Source: Mycobacterium sp.
GTDB lineage: Bacteria; Actinomycetota; Actinomycetes; Mycobacteriales; Mycobacteriaceae
Assembly: GCF_019243155.1 (NCBI RefSeq)
Contig: NZ_JAFAUS010000375.1
Location: 1,023-65,022, forward strand
Reading direction: 5' to 3'
Length of the DNA stretch: 64,000 nucleotides
This document shows, one piece after another, positions 20,516 through 29,903 of this stretch (position 1 is its first letter; each line of letters starts with the position of its first letter). The position numbers were made by a program, and so were the translations under genes. The notes below the pieces were generated by a model. The model saw nothing but the letters and a program-made list of their open reading frames with translations. It was not told the origin of the DNA and did not search any database.

Positions 20516-21628
20516 ATGTCCTACGAAAGCAGCGCGGAGCCGATCAAGGTCGGCTACCTGATGGACTTCACGCTGCCGCCCGGATTCCCCGAGGAATTGT
20601 TGGCCAGTTTCACGCGCTGCTTCGACCTCGTCTTCGAAGAAGCCGTCGAGCAGGGCATCATCGACCGCCCGGTGCAGATGATCTACCGCGAGGTGGAGGG
20701 GTTGCCCAAGGGTTCGGTCAAGGCAGTGATCGACGCCTACGGCGAACTCGTCGACGAAGGCTGCCTGCTGGTGTTCGGTCCGCACATCACCGACAACTGC
20801 GTCCCGACCCGCGACGCCATCGAGGAGCGGTTCAAGGTCCCGGCCATCAGCGTCACCGGCACCGATGACTGGCTGGGCGAATGGACGTTTTCCTTCCCGC
20901 AGGGCTCCATGACCGATGAGCCGATCTTCATCGCGGACCTCGTGGCCAAGCGTGGGCTTTCCGAGATCGGAGTCCTCGTCGAGCAGAACCTGATCGGCGA
21001 AAGCTACCTCAAGAATCTGCGAAGCGCCTGCCGCCGCAACGGCATTCGCATCGTCGCGGAGGCGGCGATCGCACAGACCGCACAGGACATCAACGAAGCC
21101 GTGCGAACCCTGCACGATGCGAAGGCCGAAGCCATCGTCCATCTGGGCTTCGGCTTCGGGATCGTGTTCATCAATCCGGCGCTGCAAGCCGTCGATTGGG
21201 ACCCGCCGCGATTCACCACGACGGCCTTCCAGAACGCCTGGGTGAATCCGATCATGTGGGAAGCGTTCATGGGCTGGACCGGGATCGACCAATACGACGA
21301 GGCCAACCAGGTCGGCCAGGACTTCCTCGACCGCTACTCGAAGAAGTACGACGGCAGCCGTCCCGAATATTGCGTGTCGGTGGTCAACCGCGACGTCGCC
21401 GCCACACTCGTGCGTGCGTTCGCCGACGCTCACCCGCTCAGCCCGCGCGGCGTCAAAGAGGCGCTGGAACGGGTGAAGATGATGCCCGCGGCCTCCGGCG
21501 CGCCGGGCACCCGGGTGTCGTTCGGCAAGTGGACTCGCCGGGCCTGGATGGGCGCCGGCTATCTGGTCGCACGCAATCTTGATGCCGACGGCATCAATTC
21601 GCACTTGGTCGATCGCTTCGGAGAGTGA
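20516..21628 (+). CDS. Type I periplasmic-binding-fold protein (LivJ/AmiC-like) without a signal peptide
   Basis: EPIKVG start, LVFGP and IGVLVEQNLIGESY pattern; no hydrophobic leader or lipobox. Confidence 0.75.
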   Translation: MSYESSAEPIKVGYLMDFTLPPGFPEELLASFTRCFDLVFEEAVEQGIIDRPVQMIYREVEGLPKGSVKAVIDAYGELVDEGCLLVFGPHITDNCVPTRDAIEERFKVPAISVTGTDDWLGEWTFSFPQGSMTDEPIFIADLVAKRGLSEIGVLVEQNLIGESYLKNLRSACRRNGIRIVAEAAIAQTAQDINEAVRTLHDAKAEAIVHLGFGFGIVFINPALQAVDWDPPRFTTTAFQNAWVNPIMWEAFMGWTGIDQYDEANQVGQDFLDRYSKKYDGSRPEYCVSVVNRDVAATLVRAFADAHPLSPRGVKEALERVKMMPAASGAPGTRVSFGKWTRRAWMGAGYLVARNLDADGINSHLVDRFGE

Positions 21629-21638
21629 GGCGCAGAAA

Positions 21639-22781
21639 ATGAGCACGGACCAATCCATATCGCCTGCCGCACAAGAGAAGCCGGCGTCTTCGCAGCGCGG
21701 CGAGAAGCGTGGCTGGGGCGGCTGGATCGCCGGTGCCGCCCTGGCCGCGTTCGCGCTGTTCTTCATCGTCAATTGCCGTGTGGCCCTTGACCCGCGCGTC
21801 GCCAACCCGAACGTGCAGGGCAGGCCGCGTCCGGTGAAGTTCACCTTCGGTCTGGATTACATCGGGTTCCTGGACTGGGCCACGGTCGTGGCGCTGATCG
21901 TGCTGCTGATCGTCTTCATCAGGGACTGGCGCCGCAATCCCGGGAGCCCGGTGATGCTGATGTTCCTGTGCACCACGCTGATCGTGTGGCAGGACCCGAT
22001 CATGAACTGGTCACCGTTCGCGGTCTACAACCCCGATCTCGTTCACTGGCCCGAATCCTGGCCGCTCGTGTCGTTGTCGCCGACGGTCGAACCGTTCGTG
22101 GTCTTCGGTTACGTGATGTTCTACTTCGGGCCCTACTTCCCAGCGGTTTGGCTCGTGCGCAGACTGCAGGCAAAGTACGGGCCGACGAGTTACGTGTCGC
22201 GGCATCCTTTGGTCAGCCTGGGTCTGATCACGCTGGTGATCGGATTCATTTTTGATGCGTTCCTGGAAAACATCCTGATCCACTGGGGCATGTATATCTA
22301 CTCGCAGGTGATCCCGTGGGGATCGGTGTTCACCGGCACCACATTCCAATTCCCGCTCATCTGGGAATCGTTCTCGGTGTGTTTCGTGATGGTGCCTGCG
22401 GCGATCCTCTGCTACCGCGACGACACCGGTAAATCGGTGGCGGAAAAGCTTGCCGCCAAAGCGAAGTTGTTCCCAACCCGCCCGGTGCTGGGCACCTTCC
22501 TCGTGATGTTCGCGATCATCAACGTCTCCTACTTCGCCTACGGCGCATGGTTCTGGGTCATCAAGGTCAGCCACGCGGCGACCTCCGTCGCCTGCCCATG
22601 GCCGTACCCGGAGGCCAAAGTCTATGACCCGCAAGGGTATTACGAGAAGGCTGGCGCACAGGGCCCGTACTCGGTCGGCATCTGGTCGACCTGGGCGAGC
22701 GGCGAGCCGAACGGCAGGCCGCACGTCGACCCGCCGCCGCCCGGCCAAGGCGCCTGCGCAACCCAGGGCAAGAATGGCTGA
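21639..22781 (+). CDS. AveC-family (spirocyclase-like) membrane protein
   Basis: Multi-TM protein with WQDPIMNW..FAVYN, PTVEP and FQFPLIWE, recalled as AveC-family motifs. Confidence 0.65.
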   Translation: MSTDQSISPAAQEKPASSQRGEKRGWGGWIAGAALAAFALFFIVNCRVALDPRVANPNVQGRPRPVKFTFGLDYIGFLDWATVVALIVLLIVFIRDWRRNPGSPVMLMFLCTTLIVWQDPIMNWSPFAVYNPDLVHWPESWPLVSLSPTVEPFVVFGYVMFYFGPYFPAVWLVRRLQAKYGPTSYVSRHPLVSLGLITLVIGFIFDAFLENILIHWGMYIYSQVIPWGSVFTGTTFQFPLIWESFSVCFVMVPAAILCYRDDTGKSVAEKLAAKAKLFPTRPVLGTFLVMFAIINVSYFAYGAWFWVIKVSHAATSVACPWPYPEAKVYDPQGYYEKAGAQGPYSVGIWSTWASGEPNGRPHVDPPPPGQGACATQGKNG

Positions 22782-23766
22782 GCCGCGGACCGTCGTCATC
22801 ACAGGTGCGTCGCGTGGGCTGGGATTCGCGTCGGCCGTGCGGCTCTACCGCGAAGGGTGGCGCGTGGTCGCGGCCATGCGTACCCCCGACCTCGCGCTGC
22901 CGCAGCTGCGGCAGGAGACCGGGGCGGGTGAAGACGACGAGCGGCTGATCGGCGTGCAGCTCGACCTCACGGACCCCGCGTCGATCGCCGCGGCGGCCAA
23001 GGCGATCGAAGAGGCCGTCGGCGCGCCCTACGCGTTGGTGCACAACGCGGGGATCTCGGCGGCCGGAATGGTCGAGGAAACCGATACGGCGTTGTGGCAG
23101 AGGATGTTCACCACCAGCGTCCTGGGTCCCGTCGCGCTCACGCAGGCTCTGCTGCCGTCGATGCGGGCGGCGGGCGAGGGACGCATCGTGCTGGTGTCCA
23201 GCGCGGCTGGGGTGCGCGGTCAGCCGGGCACGGCGCCGTATTCCGCTGCCAAGGGGGCGCTGGAACGTTGGGGCGAATCGATGGCGTGCGAGATCGCGCC
23301 CTTCGGCCTCGGCGTCACCGTTTTGGTCGCCGGCACGTACGACACCGAGATCATCACCGACGCGGGCACCACCGACGATCGCAATTTTGAAGGGCCGTAC
23401 GCGCGGCTGCACAACACCATGAACACCCGCGGCCGATTCGCGGTCAGCTTCGCCCGGCCGCCCGAGCGGTTCACCGACGGCCTGGTCAAGGCGTTGGGGG
23501 ACCGGGGTCCGTTCCGCCGTCGCGGTGTCGGCCCGGACGCGTCGATGTTGTTGGTGTCCAATAGGATTCTTCCCGCATCGGGGATGCATCACGTGTCCCG
23601 GGTCGTGCTGGGCATACCCAAACAAGGATCGATGCGGGGCGGCGCGTGGCCGTTGACCGCGGCGCAGAACGCGATGCTGCTGGCGGCAAAGGTGATTCCG
23701 CAACCGGTGCTGCAGCGCCTGGTGTCGCTGGCGGCCAAGCGCCGCAAAGCAACTGAAGGGGAGTAA
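22774..23766 (+). CDS. Short-chain dehydrogenase/reductase
   Basis: ITGASRGLG, HNAG and YSAAK. Confidence 0.9.
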   Translation: MAEPRTVVITGASRGLGFASAVRLYREGWRVVAAMRTPDLALPQLRQETGAGEDDERLIGVQLDLTDPASIAAAAKAIEEAVGAPYALVHNAGISAAGMVEETDTALWQRMFTTSVLGPVALTQALLPSMRAAGEGRIVLVSSAAGVRGQPGTAPYSAAKGALERWGESMACEIAPFGLGVTVLVAGTYDTEIITDAGTTDDRNFEGPYARLHNTMNTRGRFAVSFARPPERFTDGLVKALGDRGPFRRRGVGPDASMLLVSNRILPASGMHHVSRVVLGIPKQGSMRGGAWPLTAAQNAMLLAAKVIPQPVLQRLVSLAAKRRKATEGE

Positions 23767-23775
23767 GGGGTAAAG

Positions 23776-24993
23776 ATGGAACAGCTTTTCGACGATCTCG
23801 ACGATTTCGGGTCGTTCGACGACGCGATCTCCGGTGACGTGCGTGACCCGTACACCGAACTGGCACGGCTGCGCCGCGAGGAACCGGTGCAGCGACTCGA
23901 GACCTCGGGAGCGCTTCCGCACGAGGAATCGCTGCCGATGTTCATCGTGTACCGCCACGAGGACGTCCAGCAGATGCTGCGTGACAACGAGACGTTCTCG
24001 TCGTCGGCCGTTATCGCGGCGTTCGGGCCCGTGCTGGGTGAAGGCGTGATGCTGGGCATGGACGAGCCGGTCCACGGCCGGCTTCGTTCGCTGGTCTCGA
24101 AGGCGTTCTCGCAGAAGTCATTGGCGCGTTACCAGGACGAGTTGGTCGGCCGGGTGGCGAACACCCTGATCGACAAGTTCGCGCCCAAGGGCAAGGCGGA
24201 TTTGGTCAAGGAATTCACCTTCGACTACCCGAGCCAGATCATCGCGGGACTGCTGGGTCTGCCCGAGAAGGACTATCCGCAATTCCAGCGGTGGTCGATT
24301 TCGTTGCTCAGCTGGCTGATGAACCCCGAACGCGGGCTGGCGGCCTCGGCGGCGCTGTGCGAATACTTCGCGCCGATCCTCGACGCTCGCCGGGCCGACC
24401 CGAAGGACGACTTGATCAGCGCGCTCGGTGCGGCCGAGATCGACGGGGAGAAGCTGGCGGACGAGGAGATCTTCTCGTTCCTGCGACTGCTGCTGCCGGC
24501 CGGCGTCGAGACGACCTACCGGTCGCTGGGGAGCCTTCTTCTCGGGCTGTTGAAGGATCCGGAGCAACTGGACGCGATCCGTGCGGATCGGTCGTTGCTA
24601 CCGCAGGCCATCGAGGAGGGTGTGCGGTGGGAACCCCCGCTGCTGACCATCACCCGGGTGGCGACCCGCGACACCGAACTCGGCGGTGTGGCGATCCCGG
24701 CGGGAGCGACGGTGATGCCGATGCTGGGTTCGGCGAACCGCCAGGAGGATCGCTACCCCGATCCCGACACGTTCGACATCCACCGGCAGGCTCGGGCCCA
24801 CCTGGGCTGGGGGCACGGCGTCCACGTCTGCCTAGGCATGCACCTGGCGCGGCTGGAAATGCGGACCGCGATCAATCTGCTGCTGGACCGGCTGCCGAAT
24901 CTGCGGCTGGACCCGGACGCGGACGACCCGCACGTCCGCGGGCAGGTTTTCCGGTCGCCCACGTCGGTGCCGGTGCTATTCGATGCCCAGTGA
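23776..24993 (+). CDS. Cytochrome P450
   Basis: I-helix AGVETT, EEGVR (ExxR) and heme loop WGHGVHVCLG. Confidence 0.95.
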   Translation: MEQLFDDLDDFGSFDDAISGDVRDPYTELARLRREEPVQRLETSGALPHEESLPMFIVYRHEDVQQMLRDNETFSSSAVIAAFGPVLGEGVMLGMDEPVHGRLRSLVSKAFSQKSLARYQDELVGRVANTLIDKFAPKGKADLVKEFTFDYPSQIIAGLLGLPEKDYPQFQRWSISLLSWLMNPERGLAASAALCEYFAPILDARRADPKDDLISALGAAEIDGEKLADEEIFSFLRLLLPAGVETTYRSLGSLLLGLLKDPEQLDAIRADRSLLPQAIEEGVRWEPPLLTITRVATRDTELGGVAIPAGATVMPMLGSANRQEDRYPDPDTFDIHRQARAHLGWGHGVHVCLGMHLARLEMRTAINLLLDRLPNLRLDPDADDPHVRGQVFRSPTSVPVLFDAQ

Positions 24994-25117
24994 CAACCAC
25001 AGCTTGCCAATCGGCTAGTTTCCAGTAAGGCTCACCATTGGGTGGTCCCCGTCTGGCGATGGAATCCTGCGTCCCGGCGCTCTAACCAGCGCCTCGTCTA
25101 AAGAGAGCTGAACAGAT

Positions 25118-26602
25118 ATGGCTGACACTGTAAAGGTCCGGTTCGAGCCGAAGATGATGATCGACGGCAAGCTGGTCGACGGCCAGGCCGGTACCTTCAC
25201 GAACATCAACCCGGCGACCGAGGAGTCGCTCGGCGAAGTGTCCGACGCCTCCAAGGAGGACATGCACCGCGCGATCGACGCCGCCCGGCGGGCTTTCGAC
25301 GACACGGACTGGTCGACCAACAAGGAATTGCGTAAGCGCTGCCTGCTGCAGCTGCACGAGGCCATCGAGTCCGAGATCGACGAGCTGCGCGAGGAGCTGA
25401 TCCTCGAGGTCGGCTCGCCCCGGGCCATCACCTTCGGGCCTCAGCTGGACGCACCGCTTGAAGACGGGCTGAAGTACCCGGCCAGGTTGATCGACGAGTA
25501 CGCCTGGGAGACCGACCTGGGCGACAAGGTGATCAGCCTGACCGGGACGCTGACGACCCGCAAGGTCTGGCGGGAGCCGGTAGGTGTGGTCGGCGCGATC
25601 GTGCCGTGGAACTTCCCGTTCGAAGTCACCCTCAACAAGCTCGGCCAGGCGCTGGGCACCGGCAATACCGTGGTGCTCAAGCCCGCGCCGAACACCCCGT
25701 TCAACGCGAACCGGCTGGGCCGGCTGATCGCAGAGAAGACCGACATCCCGGCCGGCGTCGTCAACGTCGTCACCGCCTCCGATCACTTCGTGGGCGAGGA
25801 ATTGACCCTGTCGCCCAAGGTCGACCTGATCTCGTTCACCGGCTCGACGGTGGTCGGCAAGCGCATCATGGAAAAGGGTGCGGCCACCATGAAGCGGCTG
25901 TTTCTGGAGCTGGGCGGCAAGTCGGCCACCATTGTGCTGGAGGACGCCGACTTCGGCACGGCATGCATGGTCGGTATCGCGCCGTGCATGCACGCCGGTC
26001 AGGGTTGCGCGAACCCGACCCGGCTGCTCCTTCCCCGGTCCCGGTACGACGAGGGCGTGGAGATCCTCAAGAACATCTACGAGAACGTCACGTGTGGCGA
26101 CCCGCAGGACGCCGGAACCCTGTGTGGGCCTGTGATTTCGCAGCGGCAGTTCGAGCGGGTGACGGGCTACATCCAGAAGGGCGTCGACGAGGGCGCCACG
26201 GCGCTGGTCGGCGGACCCGGCGCGGAGACCGGCTTCGACAAGGGATACTTCATCCGGCCAACGCTTTTCACCAACGTCGACAACAAGATGACCATCGCGC
26301 AGGAAGAGATCTTCGGCCCGGTGCTCTCGGTCATCCCGTTCGATGATGAAGAGGATGCCATCCGGATCGCCAACGACAGCGTGTACGGGTTGGCCGGCAA
26401 CGTGTTTGCGGGTTCCCTCGAACGCGCGCTGTCGGTGACCCGCCGAATCAAGGCCGGTTTCATGGGGGTCAACGGTGGTGCGCCGTACGGTGCCGACACC
26501 CCGTTCGGGGGCTACAAGGAAAGCGGTGTGGGACGCCAGAACGGGATCGCTGGCTTCGACCAGTACACCGAGGTCAAGTCTGTGGCGTATCCCGCCGGCT
26601 AA
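25118..26602 (+). CDS. Aldehyde dehydrogenase
   Basis: PWNFP, FTGST, LELGGKS, AGQGC, EEIFGP and PFGGYKESG. Confidence 0.95.
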   Translation: MADTVKVRFEPKMMIDGKLVDGQAGTFTNINPATEESLGEVSDASKEDMHRAIDAARRAFDDTDWSTNKELRKRCLLQLHEAIESEIDELREELILEVGSPRAITFGPQLDAPLEDGLKYPARLIDEYAWETDLGDKVISLTGTLTTRKVWREPVGVVGAIVPWNFPFEVTLNKLGQALGTGNTVVLKPAPNTPFNANRLGRLIAEKTDIPAGVVNVVTASDHFVGEELTLSPKVDLISFTGSTVVGKRIMEKGAATMKRLFLELGGKSATIVLEDADFGTACMVGIAPCMHAGQGCANPTRLLLPRSRYDEGVEILKNIYENVTCGDPQDAGTLCGPVISQRQFERVTGYIQKGVDEGATALVGGPGAETGFDKGYFIRPTLFTNVDNKMTIAQEEIFGPVLSVIPFDDEEDAIRIANDSVYGLAGNVFAGSLERALSVTRRIKAGFMGVNGGAPYGADTPFGGYKESGVGRQNGIAGFDQYTEVKSVAYPAG

Positions 26603-26658
26603 GCGACCAGGTGACGGCCGCGCCGTCGAAATATGATGCGAACCAACGGCTTCGAGCG

Positions 26659-27300
26659 ATGCCGCTAGACCGTGAGTTCGTGTTCGCGGCCGTCGCTGAC
26701 GAGCGGCGCCGGATGGCGTGTCTGCTGGAAGGCCTGAACGCCGAGCAGTTGAGCACGCCGAGCCTGTGCAAGGGTTGGGACGTCAAGACCGTTGCCGCCC
26801 ATGCCGTCAGCACCGTCACCGACGGCACTGCCGCATTCCTGCGCTTGGCGGTGCGCCACAGGAGCATGGCCCGTGCGGTCGACGAATTGGCGCGCCGCCG
26901 TGCGCAATTGCCGGCCGCAAAGATCGCTGCCGACCTGCATCAGTGCGCTGATCACCCGCTCAGTCCGCCGCTGTTCGGGCCATTGGACCCACTCGCGGAC
27001 GTCATGGTGCACGGTGGCGACATGAGGATCCCACTGGGTCTGCCCTTCGTCCCCGATCCGCAGCGGGCGGCGTTGGCCATGGACTTTCTGACCGGCCCCT
27101 GGCCGTTCGCCTTCGTTCCGGTTGGCCGGCTACGCGGGATCAGCCTGCGCGCCAGCGACATTGATCGAACGTGGGGGAGTGGAGCGCAGGTGCACGGACC
27201 GGTGGCCGCGTTGATGATGGCGGTCACCGGGCGCACTGCGCTGCTGCACCTGCTCGACGGGCCGGGGCTGCCGAGACTTTCCCGCCGACTGCTTGGCTGA
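26659..27300 (+). CDS. Mycothiol-dependent maleylpyruvate isomerase family (DinB/TIGR03083-like) protein
   Basis: TPSLCKGWDVKTVAAH and DVMVHGGDMRIPLG; start 26611 or 26659. Confidence 0.82.
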   Translation: MPLDREFVFAAVADERRRMACLLEGLNAEQLSTPSLCKGWDVKTVAAHAVSTVTDGTAAFLRLAVRHRSMARAVDELARRRAQLPAAKIAADLHQCADHPLSPPLFGPLDPLADVMVHGGDMRIPLGLPFVPDPQRAALAMDFLTGPWPFAFVPVGRLRGISLRASDIDRTWGSGAQVHGPVAALMMAVTGRTALLHLLDGPGLPRLSRRLLG

Positions 27301-27307
27301 CGTGTTG

Positions 27308-27601
27308 TCAGGAGCCGGGTTTCACGGGCCGTTTCAAGGTGCAGACGAGGCTCCACTCGAAGTAGTGGTCGCCACCCTTGTCGTAGTCCTTGAAGTTGTG
27401 GGAGACCTGGGTCCGCTGCATCGAGGACCCCACGATCTCCCAACCCTGTTCTCCGTAGGCGTTAGTGAGGCGGGTCAACTCTGCCACTACCGCGTCCAGA
27501 GATTCGTCCGTATGCGAGATGAAGAGGCTCTCCCAGCGCTGGGGATACCACTTGCCATCTGACGCCAGCCACCAACCGGGCCCGGGGGAAGGAGTGCTCA
27601 C
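27308..27601 (-). CDS. Small protein with a DUF2510-like Trp-rich N-terminus and a DUF4177-like domain
   Basis: PGPGWWLASDGKWYP, LTNAYGEQGWEIV and LKRP. Confidence 0.6.
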   Translation of the reverse strand: MSTPSPGPGWWLASDGKWYPQRWESLFISHTDESLDAVVAELTRLTNAYGEQGWEIVGSSMQRTQVSHNFKDYDKGGDHYFEWSLVCTLKRPVKPGS

Positions 27602-27682
27602 ATCCCGGCACCCTACTTCGCGACGGCGCGGAAAAAAATGAATAAAAGATGACCGAATGTTGTACGCACCGCTGTGGATGTG

Positions 27683-27709
27683 GGTCTCGGTGGTCTCGGT
27701 GGTCTCGGT
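27683..27709. repeat. 9-bp tandem repeat x3 (GGTCTCGGT)
   Basis: Read directly; intergenic. Confidence 0.8.
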
Positions 27710-27738
27710 GGGCTGGGTGCAGGCCGTCGGCGTTCAGC

Positions 27739-27767
27739 TTGACCTAATATTTGTTCGGCTCTAGATT
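27739..27767 (+). promoter_or_regulatory. Promoter TTGACC-17-TAGATT with operator copy 7 (27741-27756)
   Basis: GACCTAATATTTGTTC covers the -35 and spacer. Confidence 0.8.
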
Positions 27768-27837
27768 ACGGGTAGTGGTTTTTACGTCGCCCAGGTCGAC
27801 GTGCATGGGGGCGATACCTGGATGCCTAGGAGTGCTT

Positions 27838-29106
27838 TTGAGTGATTTCGATTCGGTGGATTTCTTCACCGACCCATCCCTGATTCCCGATCCGTATCCC
27901 TACTTCGATCACCTGCGCGGGCGGTGCCCGGTGCTGGCGCAGCCCGACCAGGGCGTCGTCGCCATCACCGGGCACTCCGAAGCGCTGGCCGTTTATAAGG
28001 ATCCGGCATTCTCGGCGTGTGTTTCCGTCGCCGGACCCTTCTCCGGACTGCCGTTCGAACCCGAGGGCGATGACATCGGCGAGCTGATCGAACGGCATCG
28101 CTCGCAGATACCCATGAGCGAGCACATCGTCACTCAGGATCCACCCGAGCACACTCACACGCGCGGTCTGCTCAGCCGGCTGCTGACGCCCAAGCGGCTC
28201 AAGGAAAATGAAGACTTCATGTGGCGGCTCGCCGATCAGCAACTCGACGAGTTCGTTTCCTCGGGCACGTGCGAATTCCTCGACGACTATGCGCGCCCCT
28301 TCTCGGGCCTGGTGATCGCCGACCTGCTGGGCGTCCCGCCGGAAGACCATGAGGAGTTTCGTGCCGTTTTCTCCGGCAAGGTGGTCGGGGGCATCGAGGA
28401 CGATTCCGTCACGCGCGCACACAATCCGCTGGAGTATCTCGACGCGAAGTTCACCGCCCACATCAGCGAGCGCCGACGTGAGCCGCGCGAGGACGTGCTG
28501 ACCGAACTGGCCCAGGCGAAATACCCCGACGGATCGACTCCCGAGGTGATCGACGTCGTCCGGCTGGCCACCTTCCTGTTCGCTGCCGGGCAGGAGACCA
28601 CCACGAAGTTGCTCAGCTTCGGCCTGCGAACGATCGCGGAAAACCCCGAGATTCAGGCACTGCTGCGCGAAGACCGCAGCAAGATACCGACTTTCGTCGA
28701 AGAGGCCCTGCGGACCGAGAGTCCGGTCAAGTGTCATTTCCGCATGGCCCGCACGTCGACGACGGTCGGGGATACCCGGATTCCGGCCGGGACCACCGTG
28801 ATGTTGCTGCCCGGAGCCAGCAACCGGGACGATCGTAAATTCGCCGAGCCCAACGAGTTTCGCCTCGACCGTCCCAACGTCCGCGAGCACATCGCGTTCG
28901 GGCGGGGCAACCACTCCTGTCCCGGCGCACCGCTGGCGCGAGCGGAGGGCCGAATCTCGCTCAACCGGATCCTCGACCGGATGTCGGACATCGCCATCTG
29001 CGAAGACAAGCACGGGCCGGCGGGCGCGCGCCAGTACAGCTACGAACCGACCTGGCAGATGCGCGGCCTGACCGAACTGCACCTCGGATTCACCCCGATC
29101 ACGTGA
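27838..29106 (+). CDS. Cytochrome P450
   Basis: AAGQETT, EEALR and FGRGNHSCPG; start moved to TTG 27838 after an AGGAG SD. Confidence 0.95.
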   Translation: MSDFDSVDFFTDPSLIPDPYPYFDHLRGRCPVLAQPDQGVVAITGHSEALAVYKDPAFSACVSVAGPFSGLPFEPEGDDIGELIERHRSQIPMSEHIVTQDPPEHTHTRGLLSRLLTPKRLKENEDFMWRLADQQLDEFVSSGTCEFLDDYARPFSGLVIADLLGVPPEDHEEFRAVFSGKVVGGIEDDSVTRAHNPLEYLDAKFTAHISERRREPREDVLTELAQAKYPDGSTPEVIDVVRLATFLFAAGQETTTKLLSFGLRTIAENPEIQALLREDRSKIPTFVEEALRTESPVKCHFRMARTSTTVGDTRIPAGTTVMLLPGASNRDDRKFAEPNEFRLDRPNVREHIAFGRGNHSCPGAPLARAEGRISLNRILDRMSDIAICEDKHGPAGARQYSYEPTWQMRGLTELHLGFTPIT

Positions 29107-29903
29107 CCGACCAACCAGACCACGAGGTCGGCCGGTGGGACCCCGAGTTCACCAAACGAATGGTCAACGCGGCCGATCCCATTGCGCGGCGCTGGTTTCG
29201 GTTCGAGGTGCGGGGGTTGGAGTCGGTGCCGACAACGGGCGGTGCGCTGATCGTGGCGAACCATTCGGGCGGCATGCTGACCCCCGATGTCCTGATCTTC
29301 GCCGCGGCCTTCTACCGCGAATTCGGTTACGACCGGCCGTTATACACGCTCGGGCACGACGGGCTGTTTCCCGGCCCGGTGTCCGACTGGATGGCCCGTC
29401 TAGGGGTCATCCACGCCAGCACGAAAAACGCCGCGAACGCACTCCGGTCGGGTGGGGTGGTGTTGGTGTTCCCCGGCGGCATCTACGACGCCTATCGGCC
29501 GACGCTGTCCGAGAACGTCATCGACTTCAACGGGCGCACCGGATATGTCAAGTGCGCGATCGATTCCGGTGCGCCGATCGTGCCCGCGGTGTCCGTCGGT
29601 GGGCAGCAGAGCCAGTTTTTCCTCACCCGAGGGACGTGGCTGGCAAAGCGGCTTGGCCTGTCCCGCTTCCGGTCGGACATCCTCCCGGTCACATGGGGTT
29701 TTCCGTTCGGCCTCAGCGTCATCGTGCCGATCAACCTTCCGCTGCCGACCAAGATCGTCACCCGGGTGCTGCCGGCGATCGACGTCGCCGACCGATTCGG
29801 CCCGGATCCGGACGTCGCCGACGTCGACGCGCATGTCCGCTCGCGGATGCAAACGGCCCTGGACCGGCTGGCCCGCGACCGGCGTTTCCCGATCCTGGGT
29901 TAG
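29103..29903 (+). CDS. Lysophospholipid/glycerol acyltransferase (PlsC/DGAT2-like)
   Basis: ANHSGG, LVFPGG and PLPTKI; GTGA-coupled to the P450. Confidence 0.85.
   Translation: MTDQPDHEVGRWDPEFTKRMVNAADPIARRWFRFEVRGLESVPTTGGALIVANHSGGMLTPDVLIFAAAFYREFGYDRPLYTLGHDGLFPGPVSDWMARLGVIHASTKNAANALRSGGVVLVFPGGIYDAYRPTLSENVIDFNGRTGYVKCAIDSGAPIVPAVSVGGQQSQFFLTRGTWLAKRLGLSRFRSDILPVTWGFPFGLSVIVPINLPLPTKIVTRVLPAIDVADRFGPDPDVADVDAHVRSRMQTALDRLARDRRFPILG

Noticed and set aside
27683-27709. CRISPR-like repeats
   Set aside because: Contiguous 9-mers with no spacers and no cas genes; no CRISPR array was seen in the window.
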